Below, one piece after another: positions 50,201 to 63,136 of a stretch of 64,000 bases of DNA. The stretch is from an uncultured Planctomycetota bacterium (GTDB taxonomy: Bacteria > Planctomycetota > Planctomycetia > Gemmatales > Gemmataceae), in NCBI GenBank assembly GCA_963849325.1, contig CAWKHF010000012.1, forward strand, positions 640,001 through 704,000, given 5' to 3'. Below the pieces are notes generated by a model. The model had not been told where the DNA came from. It worked only from the letters and a program-made list of their open reading frames with translations, and did no database searches. Within the stretch, counting starts at the first letter, position 1, and each line of letters starts with the position of its first letter. The position numbers and the translations under genes were made by a program.

Positions 50201-50257
50201 TCCGAGCCTGAAGCATAAGCGAAGGATTGGCAACTTCGCTTACGCTTCAGGCTCGGA
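50201..50257. repeat. REP-like palindrome, family A
   Basis: TCCGAGCCTGAAGCATAAGCGAAG / CTTCGCTTACGCTTCAGGCTCGGA; overlaps the SD of the next gene. Confidence 0.85.
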
Positions 50258-50267
50258 GGAGATCTTC

Positions 50268-52838
<2,571 letters not shown>

Positions 52839-52849
<11 letters not shown>

Positions 52850-52892
52850 AGCGTGAGCGAAGAGCACTCTTCGCTGAGGCTTCAGGCTCGGA
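52839..52892. repeat. REP-like palindrome, family A; supplies the TGA of the RND gene
   Basis: TCCGAGCCTGAAGC / GCTTCAGGCTCGGA between convergent genes. Confidence 0.85.
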
Positions 52893-52908
52893 TTGGCGCC
52901 CAAACGTC

Positions 52909-54168
52909 TCAGCGGAACTTCTCCATCTGCAACAGTCCCGCCACCTGCACGGCGTTGGTCCACAGGTTTATCAGCGCATCCACATAATCGCTGTTGGCCT
53001 GCACCAAACTCCGCTGCACCTGCAGGAAGGTGGCGAAGTCGGTCAACCCCTTGGCGTAGCCTTCCTGGGCCAGCCGCAGCAGTTCGCGCGTGTTGGGCAG
53101 AATCTCCGCCTCGAACTTGCGCACGATCTCGCGGGCCGCCTGATACTGGCTGAGCAGGTTGTGAGCCTGGTTGAGCAGGTTGAACTGGATCGTCGCCAGG
53201 TTCTCCTCGGCGGCCCGCACGTTGCCTCGCGCAGCCCGGATGCCGCCCTGGTTGCGGTTGAGCACCGGGATGTCGAACTGAATGTTGAACCAGAATTGCT
53301 CGGCGCCCGGCAAGAGACCGTACTGGTACGCCGGACCCATGTACGGGTTGGGGAACGGCTCGACCTCGGCCCGGCGCAGCTGGAACTTGGTCTGCTCGAT
53401 GACCGCCTTGGCGATCAGGACCTGCGTGTTCTGCATCGTCACGAAGCGCTTGACCATCTCCTCGTCGAAGACGGGATAATCGCCGCTCAGTTCGCCGACC
53501 ACGTCGCCGCTAACCAGGCCGGGGATACCGACGAGGGCGCCGAGTTGCTTGCGGTCACCGTCGAGCAGGGCACGAGTGCTGAGCAGGTTGGCCTCGGCCC
53601 GCTGCAAGTCGAGGCGCAACAGCAGCACGTCGGCCTGGCTGGCCTCGCCGGCCTTGCGCTTCTTCTCGCCCGTCTCGTAGGAGCGGCGCAGTACCTCGAC
53701 CATCTCGTTCAGCACCTGGATGCGGCGCTGGTCGGCCAGCACCTGGTAAAACTGCTGGCGGATGTTGGTGAACAACACCAGGCGGTCCTGGGGCAGGGTG
53801 AACTCGGTCTGCCGGGCGTTCTCGTTGGCGGCGGCCTGGTCCAGCCGCTTCTTGCCCATCACGGGGATTTCCTGTTGGAAACCGGCGTTCAGCAGCGTGG
53901 TCCGGCCGTTGAAGACCTGCGGGTTGTTGGTGTCGAAGCGCGGATTGTTCCACAAGCCGGCCTGCGTGGCGGTGCCGCGGGCGGAATCGATCTGGGCGCG
54001 GTCGCGCGGCAGGATCGGGTTGTACTGATCGGCCAGTTCTTCCAGGCGTCGCAGGGTCAGCGACTCGCCGCCGTCGCGGAGGGCCGGCGGCAGCAGCGCC
54101 TGCGCCGGCAGCGCCGGCGTCAGCACCCCGAGCAGGCAACAGGCTGTCGCAAACCATCGACCCATCAC
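52909..54168 (-). CDS. TolC/CzcC-family outer membrane efflux protein
   Basis: Signal peptide; QAGLWNNP, IPVLNRNQGGI, YAKGLTDF. Confidence 0.9.
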   Translation of the reverse strand: MMGRWFATACCLLGVLTPALPAQALLPPALRDGGESLTLRRLEELADQYNPILPRDRAQIDSARGTATQAGLWNNPRFDTNNPQVFNGRTTLLNAGFQQEIPVMGKKRLDQAAANENARQTEFTLPQDRLVLFTNIRQQFYQVLADQRRIQVLNEMVEVLRRSYETGEKKRKAGEASQADVLLLRLDLQRAEANLLSTRALLDGDRKQLGALVGIPGLVSGDVVGELSGDYPVFDEEMVKRFVTMQNTQVLIAKAVIEQTKFQLRRAEVEPFPNPYMGPAYQYGLLPGAEQFWFNIQFDIPVLNRNQGGIRAARGNVRAAEENLATIQFNLLNQAHNLLSQYQAAREIVRKFEAEILPNTRELLRLAQEGYAKGLTDFATFLQVQRSLVQANSDYVDALINLWTNAVQVAGLLQMEKFR

Positions 54169-54216
54169 GTCATCCCTATCTTCCGTTCTGAGTCTTTCGC
54201 TCAGAATTCAGAACTT

Positions 54217-55380
54217 TCAGTACCGCCACTCGCCGCGCAGGAAGAAACCCTGGAGTGTCAGGGCGGCGTTGGAATCGCTGGTCGCCCCCACCCACCACCA
54301 GCGCTGCCATTGGTAGCCGAACGTGAAGCGCCACAGGCGGTCGTCCCATGGGACGTAACTGAATCCGCCCTCGGTGCCGAAGATGCCCACGCCGTTGCTC
54401 TGCCGCCGCAGGGCGACCGATTCGCTGACGGGTCCGCTGTCGCTGGCGACCGTCTCGCTGAAGTGCTGCCGCGTGAAGCCGATCAGGCCGGTCGCGTCTA
54501 CCTCGCCATACAGGCGGAAATGCGAACCGGCCAGCGGCTTGTGGAACTGGAAAGCGACCGTCGGGCCGACGCCGCCGAAATTGCTGCTGGCCGATTGTTC
54601 GAGGATTTCCTGGCCGCGCGCCCGCGAATCGAAGAAGACGTTGGCCGCACTCACGCCGAAGCGCGCGGCCCAGATGCGATTCAACTCCGGGGCGTTAGTC
54701 AGGTACTCGCTGGTACCGTAGGTGAAGCTGGCGTATTGCACGTTGAGGCGGCTTTGCAGCAGGCCGGTGCCGGAGGCGTCGAAATTCGGGATGGTGTCGT
54801 TGCCCTGGCTGGCCACCATGCGCCAGTCCAGCCGCACGTCGCCGGCGCCGTTGGCGAAGCGATAGCCCAGGCGCAGGAACGGACTGCCCGTCCAACTCAG
54901 TGGGGCAATCGGCAACGTGATGTGATCGCCGAACGGCGCGAGGACGTTGGCGTTGCTTCCCGGCGGAGCGCTGGTCTGCACCGAACCCGTCGGCGTGGAC
55001 GGGGTGAGGAAAGGCGCCTTGATGTTGGTGCCGCTGTTGAGGTGCGAATCGATGTGGGGATTGATCAGGGCGCCGTCGAAATTGACGTACCAGCCGTCCC
55101 ACTGCCCCGGCGGTCCCAGCACGCCGTTCTCCTGAGGCGGTCCTTCGGCGAGCGGGGCCGGTGGTAAGCCGGGAGAGACGGGCAGGGCCGGCAGGGGAGT
55201 GGACAGCGAGGGCGGCACGACGGACGGCGGCGTTTCCAAAGGGCGCGGCGGCGTCGGGATCGTCTCGGTTGCGGAGTCGGCCGGCGGCGTGGTCTGACCG
55301 AACGTCCCGGCCGGCCCAAGTAGGCCGACCAGAACGACAAGGATCAGTAGACCACGCGGCGAAAGAAACATTCGAGACAT
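54217..55380 (-). CDS. Outer-membrane beta-barrel protein (Lpg1974/BBP7-like) with Pro-rich linker
   Basis: Signal peptide, Pro-rich N-terminus, amphipathic strands, C-terminal GFFLRGEWRY. Confidence 0.75.
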   Translation of the reverse strand: MSRMFLSPRGLLILVVLVGLLGPAGTFGQTTPPADSATETIPTPPRPLETPPSVVPPSLSTPLPALPVSPGLPPAPLAEGPPQENGVLGPPGQWDGWYVNFDGALINPHIDSHLNSGTNIKAPFLTPSTPTGSVQTSAPPGSNANVLAPFGDHITLPIAPLSWTGSPFLRLGYRFANGAGDVRLDWRMVASQGNDTIPNFDASGTGLLQSRLNVQYASFTYGTSEYLTNAPELNRIWAARFGVSAANVFFDSRARGQEILEQSASSNFGGVGPTVAFQFHKPLAGSHFRLYGEVDATGLIGFTRQHFSETVASDSGPVSESVALRRQSNGVGIFGTEGGFSYVPWDDRLWRFTFGYQWQRWWWVGATSDSNAALTLQGFFLRGEWRY

Positions 55381-55625
55381 CCTCCGGGTATCCGTCTTCC
55401 GCAATTATCGAGCGAGGGCCGAAGCTCGCATCAGCATTTCCGGCATAAGCGGCACATTCGGCAAAGTCGGACGGAAGATGGGTCGCTTGCGGCCTGGCGA
55501 CAAGGTCGCCTAGCCGCAAGCGACCCTGGCAAATCCGCACAGACCCTTGCAAATTGCCCCGTCTCCCTCTACAGTGGCGCGAAACCTTCGCGGGGTGCCC
55601 CGCGTTCGATCGGAGGTTCTCTCCC

Positions 55626-56365
55626 GTGCTGATCCTGCCGGCCATCGATCTGCGAGGCGGCCAGTGTGTGCGGCTGCGGCAGGGCGATTACGCGCAGGAA
55701 ACCGTCTTCGGCGACGATCCGGCCGCCATGGCTCGTCGCTGGGTCGAACAGGGGGCCGAGTATCTGCACCTCGTCGATCTCGACGGCGCCCGCCAGGGCC
55801 ATCCGGTCAACGGCGACAGCGTGCGCCGCATCGTGCAGGCCGCCGGCGTGCCCTGCCAGCTCGGCGGCGGCCTGCGCAGCGAAGAACACATCACCGAGGC
55901 GCTCGGCTGGGGCGTCGAGCGCGTCATCCTCGGCACGCGCGCCTTGCTCGATCCGGCGTGGTGCGAGACCGTGTGCCGGCGTTTCCCCGGCCGCATCTGC
56001 CTGGGCATCGACGCACGCCAGGGCCGCGTCGCCGTCCAGGGCTGGGAGCGCGATTCCGAGCGCTCCGCCCTGGACCTCGCTCGCCACTGCGCCGCCTGGC
56101 CGCTGGCCGCCATCATCTACACCGACATCAGCCGCGACGGCATGCTCGAAGGGCCCAACGTCGAGGCCACCGCCGAGCTGGCCGCTGCCGTGTCCGTGCC
56201 GGTCATCGCCTCGGGCGGCGTGACCACGCTCGACGACGTCGCGCGCCTGGCCGGCCGGGGGTTGGCTGGCTGCATCATCGGCCGCGCCCTCTATGAGGGC
56301 CGCATCGACCTCACGGCCGCGATACACGCTGGCGCCAGGAAACGGAGAAACACACGCCGAACTAA
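55626..56365 (+). CDS. hisA: Phosphoribosylformimino-5-aminoimidazole carboxamide ribotide isomerase (stop position uncertain)
   Basis: ILPAIDLRGGQCVRLRQGDY, LHLVDLDGA, LGGGLR, YTDISRDG, IASGGV, GRALYEG. Confidence 0.95.
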
Positions 56366-56430
56366 TCGGGCCGCTGGCGGCTTCGCGCTAAGCCGCCAGC
56401 GGCCCAACCGCAACCGAATAGGAGATTCTC

Positions 56431-58565
56431 ATGAGGAAATATCAAGTGGCGGACATTCGGAACATCGCCCTGGCGGGACATCGGGCGTCGGGCAAGACCT
56501 CGCTTGCCGACGCCCTGCTGTTCCAGGCCAAGGCCGTCGATCGCCGCGGCAGCGTGGACGACGGCACCAGCGTCTCCGACTACGACGAGGAAGAACACAA
56601 GCGCCACTTCTCCATCGACACCAGCGTCCTGCACCTGGAGCACAAGGGCAAGCACGTCCACCTGCTCGACACGCCCGGCGATCCCGCTTTCGTCGGCGCC
56701 GCCCTGGGGGCGCTGGCCGCCGTCGAGAACGTGGTAGTGGTCGTGTCGGCGGCCAACGGCGTCGAGGTCAACACGCGCCGCATGTTCGACGAGGCCGGCA
56801 AGCGCGGCCTGGCCCGCATGCTGGTCATCAACAAGCTCGACGCCGACAACGTCAAGTTCGCCGACCTGCTCAAGACCCTCCGCGACACCTTCGGCAAGGG
56901 CTGCGTGCTGTTCAACGCGCCGATCAACCCCGGCCCGAAGTTCAGCGGCGTCGTCAGCGTCCTCAATCCGCCGGAAGCGGCGCCGGCCGGCTGCGCCGTC
57001 GATCTGACCGCCGCCCGCTCGCAGCTGGTCGATGCCGTCGTCGAGGCCGACGACGCCCTCATGGAGAAGTACCTGCTCGAAGGCGCGGTCAGCGCCGAGG
57101 AGTTGGCCGACCGCTCTGCCCAAGGCGCTGGCGGCCGGCACCGTCATCCCCGTCTTCTGCACGGCGGCCAAGAAAGACATCGGCATCGCCGAGCTGCTGG
57201 ACGGCCTGGCCGACTACGCCCTCTCGCCCGTGCAGGGCCAGCGCCGCAAGGCCAAGAAGGGCGACGGCGAGGTGACGCTGGAGCCGACGGCGTCCGGCGA
57301 GTTCGTCGGCCAGGTGTTCAAGGCCGTCACCGACAAGTTCGTCGGCAACCTGAGCTTCATCCGCGTCCTGTCGGGAACCTACAAGCCGGACCAGCCGCTG
57401 GTCAACGTCCGCACCGGCAAGTCGGCGCGGACGGCCGGCTTGCTGCTCATGCAGGGCAGCAAGCACACGAACATCCCGGAGGCCATTCCCGGCGACATCT
57501 TCGCCGTCACCAAGGTCGAGGATCTGCACATCGGCGACACGGTCGGCAACCACGCCGGTACGCCGACGCTGCCGACGCCGGCCTTCCCGACGCCGATGTT
57601 CGGCCTGGCCGTCGAGCCCAAGGCGCGCGGCGACGAGCAGAAGATCTCCGGCAGCTTGCAGAAGATCGCCAACGAGGACCCGACCTTCCACGTCACGCGC
57701 GACGCGCAGACGAAGGAGATGGTCATCACCGGCATGAGCCAGCTGCACCTGGACGTGCTCATCAATCGGCTCAAGCGCCGCTTCGACCTGGAGGTCGTCA
57801 CCAAGGAGCCGAAGATCCCCTACCGCGAGACGATCACGACGCACGCGGAGGGCCAGCATCGCCACAAGAAGCAGACCGGCGGCCGCGGCCAGTTCGGCGA
57901 GGTCCATCTGCGCGTCTATCCGCTGCCGCGCGAGATCGACAGCGAGGAGCAGCTGCTGCGAGAACTTCGCCAACAAGGACAAGTTCGAGAAGATGCGCTC
58001 CGCCCACTACGATGCGGAGCACAACTTCGCCTTCATCGACACCATCGTCGGCGGCACCATCCCCAACCAGTTCGTGCCGGCCGTCGAGAAGGGCTGCAAG
58101 GAGCTGCTGGAGCGCGGCGCGCTGGCCGGCTACCGCATCCAGGACGTGGCCGTGGAGGTCTACTTCGGCAAGGACCATCCGGTGGACAGCTCGGAAGCGG
58201 CGTTCAAGACGGCCGGCCGCATCGCCTTCAAGAACGCCTTCCTGGCCGCCCGTCCGGTGCTGCTGGAGCCGATCGTCGAGCTGGAGGTGACGGTGCCGAC
58301 GAAGTACACCGGCGCCATCCTCGGCGACCTGAACACCAAGCGGGCGCGCATCGAGAACCAGGACAGCCTGCCGGGCGACCTGGCGGTCATCACGGCGCAG
58401 GCGCCGCTGGCCGAGGTGACGCGCTACGCCGCGCAGCTGGGCAGCATCACGCAGGGGCAGGGCTCGTTCAGCATGGAGTTCAGCCACTACGACGTGGTGC
58501 CCGGCAACGTGCAGCAGCAGATCGTCAGCAAGGCCAAGCTGGGCGCGGACGAGGACGAAGGTTGA
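56431..58565 (+). CDS. fusA2: Elongation factor G paralog (EF-G2-like; frameshifts ~57110 and ~57960)
   Basis: IRNIALAGHRASGKTS, DTPG, NKLD, GMSQLHL, HKKQTGGRGQFG, HPVDSSEAAF, LLEPI. Confidence 0.9.
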
Positions 58566-58573
58566 TAAGCCCG

Positions 58574-58614
58574 CGGCGTCGGCGACGGATTTTCGCAGCT
58601 CGTCGCCGACGCCG
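58574..58614. terminator. Hairpin between convergent fusA2 and xisI
   Basis: CGGCGTCGGCGACG / CGTCGCCGACGCCG. Confidence 0.5.
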
Positions 58615-58619
58615 AAACC

Positions 58620-58955
58620 TCATCCCACGGCAAAGCCGGTGAACGGCCGCACGTCAGCGGGATGGAAGGCCAGCACGATGTCCTCTTGAGGAATCCCAGC
58701 TGCGATCAACTCATCCGCGACAGGACGGTTGGTCCCGTCATACTGGAGCCAGACCTTGTCGCCGATGATGTCGAGATGCACGACGGAGCCATGCACGCGG
58801 CGTTGACCGTCCCAACCGACGTGCATGACTTCATAATGGTCGTGTTCCCGATCGATAATGGCTTCCGTCTCGATTTGGCCGTGCGAAGGTTTGCCGCTGG
58901 CATAGTCCTCAATGACGCGACGGACGATCTCGCGGTAGCGTTCTAGTTTATCCAT
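58620..58955 (-). CDS. xisI: XisI-family protein
   Basis: DHYEVMHVGW...RVHG..VHLDI...KVWLQYDGT...GIPQEDIVLAFH. Confidence 0.92.
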   Translation of the reverse strand: MDKLERYREIVRRVIEDYASGKPSHGQIETEAIIDREHDHYEVMHVGWDGQRRVHGSVVHLDIIGDKVWLQYDGTNRPVADELIAAGIPQEDIVLAFHPADVRPFTGFAVG

Positions 58956-59362
58956 TGGACGACACGCTCCTTCTGGTGATCAAAAACCAGCACTCGCAGA
59001 TTCAAGCGACGGACAATAAGCTGCCCGAATCGCTCCGTCAACAATCCCTCGTAGATGCGAAGAGGGACCGCGAGGTACAGCAAACGATCCGACCCATTTT
59101 CGGCCAGGATAGCCCGGTAAATGTCATATTGGCCGACCGCCTCCTGGAGATCGCGTACCGGCGACGGGTTGAGAAAACTCTGGATCTCAACAGCAATTCG
59201 CTGCTCTCCCTTTTCCGCCCCAATCGTTGTCCGTTCCGCGCCGAGATCGACGTAGAGATCCCTGCTCCCGAAGGAGATTCTTAAGGGGTCATCCGTGATC
59301 GTCCAACCATCCGCCGTTAGGGCCTGAATGACGACGTCGTGATAGATGTTTTTCGCGGGCAC
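58943..59362 (-). CDS. xisH: XisH-family protein
   Basis: PAKNIYHD...DGWTITDDP...DLGAE...IAVEIQSF...AVGQY...LYLAVP. Confidence 0.92.
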   Translation of the reverse strand: MPAKNIYHDVVIQALTADGWTITDDPLRISFGSRDLYVDLGAERTTIGAEKGEQRIAVEIQSFLNPSPVRDLQEAVGQYDIYRAILAENGSDRLLYLAVPLRIYEGLLTERFGQLIVRRLNLRVLVFDHQKERVVQWIN

Positions 59363-59500
59363 GGACTATCCCCTCAGACACTTCCTTGTCTGACGCGGCG
59401 TTCTCCGCCATTGTGCCTCAACCAGCACAGAGCCGCAATCGCGAAGACGTGGGATACTCCCCTCGTCCATCCGGTTGCGGCTCTGTTTCTTGGATCGTGT

Positions 59501-60764
59501 TTACTGCCCTTTCATGCTCTCGATGAGAATGCGGGCCGTTGAGGGCCGCATGACGCGCGGGTCGGGCAGCTCGCCCTTGCGCAGCGTCTCGCGGAGGATG
59601 CGGCCGGCGATGGTCACTTGCTTGTAGCCCTTCGGCTCGTACTCCTCGACCAAGCCGACGCGGCCCAACTCCTCGTAGTACGCCGCGAAACCGATCTTCA
59701 CCGGCTTGATGAGCAGTTCGCCCTTCAGCTCGTCGAACTTGCGCTGCGCCGCCAGGCCGTCCCAGATGTCCTTGCCGTCCTCATACGGCGCGTCGGCGTG
59801 CTTGCGGCCGATGATGATGTCGGTGAAGCCGAAGTTCTGCCGATAGATGGCGTGCATGATCGCCTCCTTCGGCCCACCGTAAAACATCTTGATGTCCAGG
59901 CCCAAGAAGAATAATGCGATCCGTAATGTCGCAGCCGGTCTTCTTCCAGAGTTCTTCGTCCTTGTCGCCTTCGCCCAGCGCCTTGCTCTCGATCAGCGCC
60001 CGGTAGGTGCGCATGCGCGTGACGGCGTTGACGTCGTCGCCCTTGGTCTCGCCGACCAGCGGATTGAGCACGGCGCCGGCGAAATGGCCCTCGCGCACCA
60101 GTCGTTCCAGGCCGGCGACCAGGGCGTACTCGTGGGCGCGGTGCAGCGGATTGCGCGTCTGGAAGGCGACGACACGCTTCCAGCCCTTGTCGCGGAACAG
60201 TGCCCGCGTCTGGCGCGGCGACAGGATGAACTGCCCGTATTCGGGATGTTTCGGCTGCGGCAGAACGCGCACCGTGCCGCCGAGCAGATGCGTGCGCGGA
60301 TCGCGCTCTGACCATGCGGCCGCCCGGATGATCGAAACGCTCGGTGCCGTAGACGCTGCGGACGTAATGGGCCTTGTCCCACGCAAACACGTCGCTGATC
60401 GTCAAGCGAGCCGACCACTTCGTTCTGCGGATTGACCAGGGCGACGGTCTGTCCCGCCTTCAGCGTCTTCGCCTGCGCCTCGTCCACCGGGAACGACAGC
60501 GGAATGGTCCAGGCGTATTTCTTGCCGTCGTGGACGATCACTTCCTCGTCGAGGACGCGATTGAACGTCTCGCGGTCCATCGGGCCGGTTAGCGGACTGA
60601 GGCCGCCGTCGCCGAGACGGTACAGCGTCGAGAGGTCGGCGTCGCTGACGGACACGCGCGGCAGCGACGCCGTGCGGGCGCGGAAGTCCGCCGCTTCCTC
60701 GGCGGGGACGTTGACGATTGACGGGTTCGCTCAGCCCGCCGTGCGGCGGAATCAAATCGGACAT
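59501..60764 (-). CDS. sat: Sulfate adenylyltransferase (several frameshifts)
   Basis: [55 protein letters not shown]. Confidence 0.93.
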
Positions 60765-60776
60765 CGCAAATCTCCA

Positions 60777-61212
60777 CTAAATCTGATAGGACAGGGCGTG
60801 ATTCTCCTGAATGCGGCGAACGAGTTCCGCCAGGGTGATGCGCTGCAAGGCGCGTTGCTCCTCGGCTTGCATGTCCTGCCAGATGGCGAGCAGGACGCCG
60901 ACGGCGCGGCGAGCGGCGGGCCTCGCTCAAGGCCGAGCGCGGCGTCAAAGCCCGGTCGTCGATGGCGTTGATGACGGCGGCGAGCGTGATCTCCTCCGGC
61001 GGCCGGGCCAGCTGATAGCCGCCGGAGGCGCCGCGCACACTGACCACCAGGCCGGCCGTCTTCAACTGCAACAGGATCTGCACCAGGAAGCGCGGCGGAA
61101 TGCCCTGCGCCTCGGCGATGGCCTTGATGCGCAGCGGCTGCGGCTCGGCGAAGCTGGCGGCCAACTCCAGCATGGCCACACAGGCGTACTCGGCCTTGGC
61201 GGAGATGCGCAT
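60777..61212 (-). CDS. Rrf2-family regulator, CymR-like (no Cys triad; frameshift)
   Basis: SAKAEYA, LVQILLQLK, SVRGASGGYQLARPPEEITL; ends SYQI*. Confidence 0.88.
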
Positions 61213-61228
61213 GCTTCTCTCCTCTCGT

Positions 61229-61293
61229 TGAGCCGCGACTGCGCAGCAGGAGCGCGGGAGATTCCCGCGCTCTGCTCCGCATCGCGGCTAAAC
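61229..61293. repeat. REP-like palindrome, family C
   Basis: AGCCGCGA...AGCGCGGGA / TCCCGCGCT...TCGCGGCT. Confidence 0.7.
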
Positions 61294-62021
61294 TTAAATA
61301 CCGCCGCCGTCCTGGACCTCGATGACGTGCAGACCGCACTCCTTTTTGACGGTGCCGGCCCAGCGTCCGGCGCGCTCGTCCGCGCCGTCGCCGACCGCCG
61401 CCGTGCAGGGCCAGCAGCCGATGCTCGGATAACCCTGGTCGTGCAGCGGGTTGTAGGGAATATCGTGCTGGAGGATGAAGTTCCACACGTCCTTGCGCGT
61501 CCAGGCCAGAAGCGGATTGACCTTCACGAGGTTGAACTTGGCGTCCCACTGCACGACGCCGGCCGCGGCGCGATGCGAGGTTTGATCGCGGCGAATGGCG
61601 CTGATCCACGCCTCGTAGCCGACCACCGCCCGCCGCAGCGGCTGCAGCTTGCGATCGTGGCAGCACTGGTCCGGCCGAATGCGATACAGCGGACCGCCGT
61701 GCTCCGCCTCGTACTCCGCCACCGTCGTCTCCGGACGCACTATCTCGACTTCGATGCCGTACCGTTCCTTGATGCGCTCGCGCACTTCGCAGCGTCTCGG
61801 GGAATTGGTAGCCCGTGTCCAGGTTGAAAATGCGGACACTCGGATCGATCTCGGCCAGCAGATGGATCAGGCAGCAGCCCTCGGCCCCGAATGCCGTCGC
61901 CATCGTCAGCTTGTCGCCGAACGTCTCCACCGCCCAGCGCAAAATCGTTTCCGGCGTTGCCTCGGCCAGGCGCTCGATTGGCGGCGGCGATCTGCTCGGT
62001 GGTCATCGTCAGTGTGGCCAT
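61294..62021 (-). CDS. cysH: PAPS/APS reductase (two frameshifts)
   Basis: TAFGAEG, LDTGYQFPET, DQCCHDRK, YPSIGCWPCT, ERAGRW, KECGLH. Confidence 0.93.
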
Positions 62022-62160
62022 CAAACTCCTCTTGCGGACGGCAATCCCTGCCGGTCCCGGCTGGACGAGGCCGGGAACCGAACGAACTATCTTTATCAGT
62101 ATACTAATGATTTCGGCAAGAGCCGAGGGGAAATGAAGCGCCGTTTGGTCGAGCCTCTCT

Positions 62161-62217
62161 TTCCGAGCCTGAAGCGTAAGCGAAGGGACACTCTTCGCTT
62201 ACGCTTCAGGCTCGGAA
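62161..62217. repeat. REP-like palindrome, family A
   Basis: TTCCGAGCCTGAAGCGTAAGCGAAG / CTTCGCTTACGCTTCAGGCTCGGAA. Confidence 0.85.
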
Positions 62218-62238
62218 AGAGGGCATTGCCTCTTGCCG

Positions 62239-62994
62239 TTACTTCTTGTCTTTTTTCTCTTCCGAGACGGGTTCGAGGATAACCACAACCTTGGTTTCCA
62301 GCGGCGGGATGCGCTCGGTGAAGGCGAGGAAGGCCAAATCGGCGTTTTCCTTGGAGCTTTTGATCGGCAGGTCGAGCAGGGCGGTTTCAAAGTTGGAGAC
62401 GCAGATCAGATCGCCTTCGTTGGCGAGGTATTGTTTCTTGTCGGGTTCGAGCGGGTTGGACACGAGGTGACTGCCGGCGAACACCCAGTCGCTTTCCAGG
62501 GTCTTGCCGGTTTTCATGTTCTTGACCCACGACTGGCCCGGCACCGTCACGAGCTTGTCCTGGTCCTTGTACTGCACACTGACCTTGATCCGCGTGCCGC
62601 AAGCGGGGCGATAGCGCGGGGCGAACTGGACGGGCGATCCCTCGACGGCGCCGGCGGCGTTCAGGGCGGCGTGGAGCTTCTGCGCGTCCACGTCGGCCGT
62701 CAGGATGGCCTCGTGCTCCTTGGTCTGCTTGCGGCACATCAGCAGTTCGAGCTGCCCCTCGCGCAGGCAGACCTCGGCGGAGACCAGGACGCGGCGCTCT
62801 TTACCTCGGACCTCCAGGAAAATGTTGCGGGCGAGGAGGACTTTCTTGGACTCGGCCGGCTTTTCCTTGGCTGCGGCCTTTTCCCTCGACTTCGCTTCGT
62901 CGCGGTCGGCGGCCCCTTCGCAGCCCGCGGCCAAACCGATGCCCAGAAGGGCCAGGACGAACAGGAAAGGGGATCGTCGCGTGGGTGCGTTCAT
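62239..62994 (-). CDS. YdjY-like lipoprotein
   Basis: Lipobox LAAGC; KEHEAIL, LHAALNAAGA, WVFAGS, LICVSNF. Confidence 0.7.
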   Translation of the reverse strand: MNAPTRRSPFLFVLALLGIGLAAGCEGAADRDEAKSREKAAAKEKPAESKKVLLARNIFLEVRGKERRVLVSAEVCLREGQLELLMCRKQTKEHEAILTADVDAQKLHAALNAAGAVEGSPVQFAPRYRPACGTRIKVSVQYKDQDKLVTVPGQSWVKNMKTGKTLESDWVFAGSHLVSNPLEPDKKQYLANEGDLICVSNFETALLDLPIKSSKENADLAFLAFTERIPPLETKVVVILEPVSEEKKDKK

Positions 62995-63030
62995 GCCCTC
63001 AGTTTAGCAGAGGGGCGAAGGCTTGAGAAC

Positions 63031-63076
63031 AAAAAAGCCAACGGAGGCGAGCCTGGGCGGCCCTCCTCCGTTGGCT
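63031..63076 (-). terminator. Rho-independent terminator of the Cys-rich gene
   Basis: AGCCAACGGAGG / CCTCCGTTGGCT followed by a T tract on the minus strand. Confidence 0.8.
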
Positions 63077-63136
63077 GGGCGTTACTCCCCCGAGCAGCTC
63101 GCGGCGGTCATCCGGCCGCCGGGAGCTGGGAGGAGG

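Noticed and set aside
55554-57275. HisA fused to a long C-terminal extension
   Set aside because: The extension runs through a REP and an alternative frame of fusA2; a lost stop is more likely
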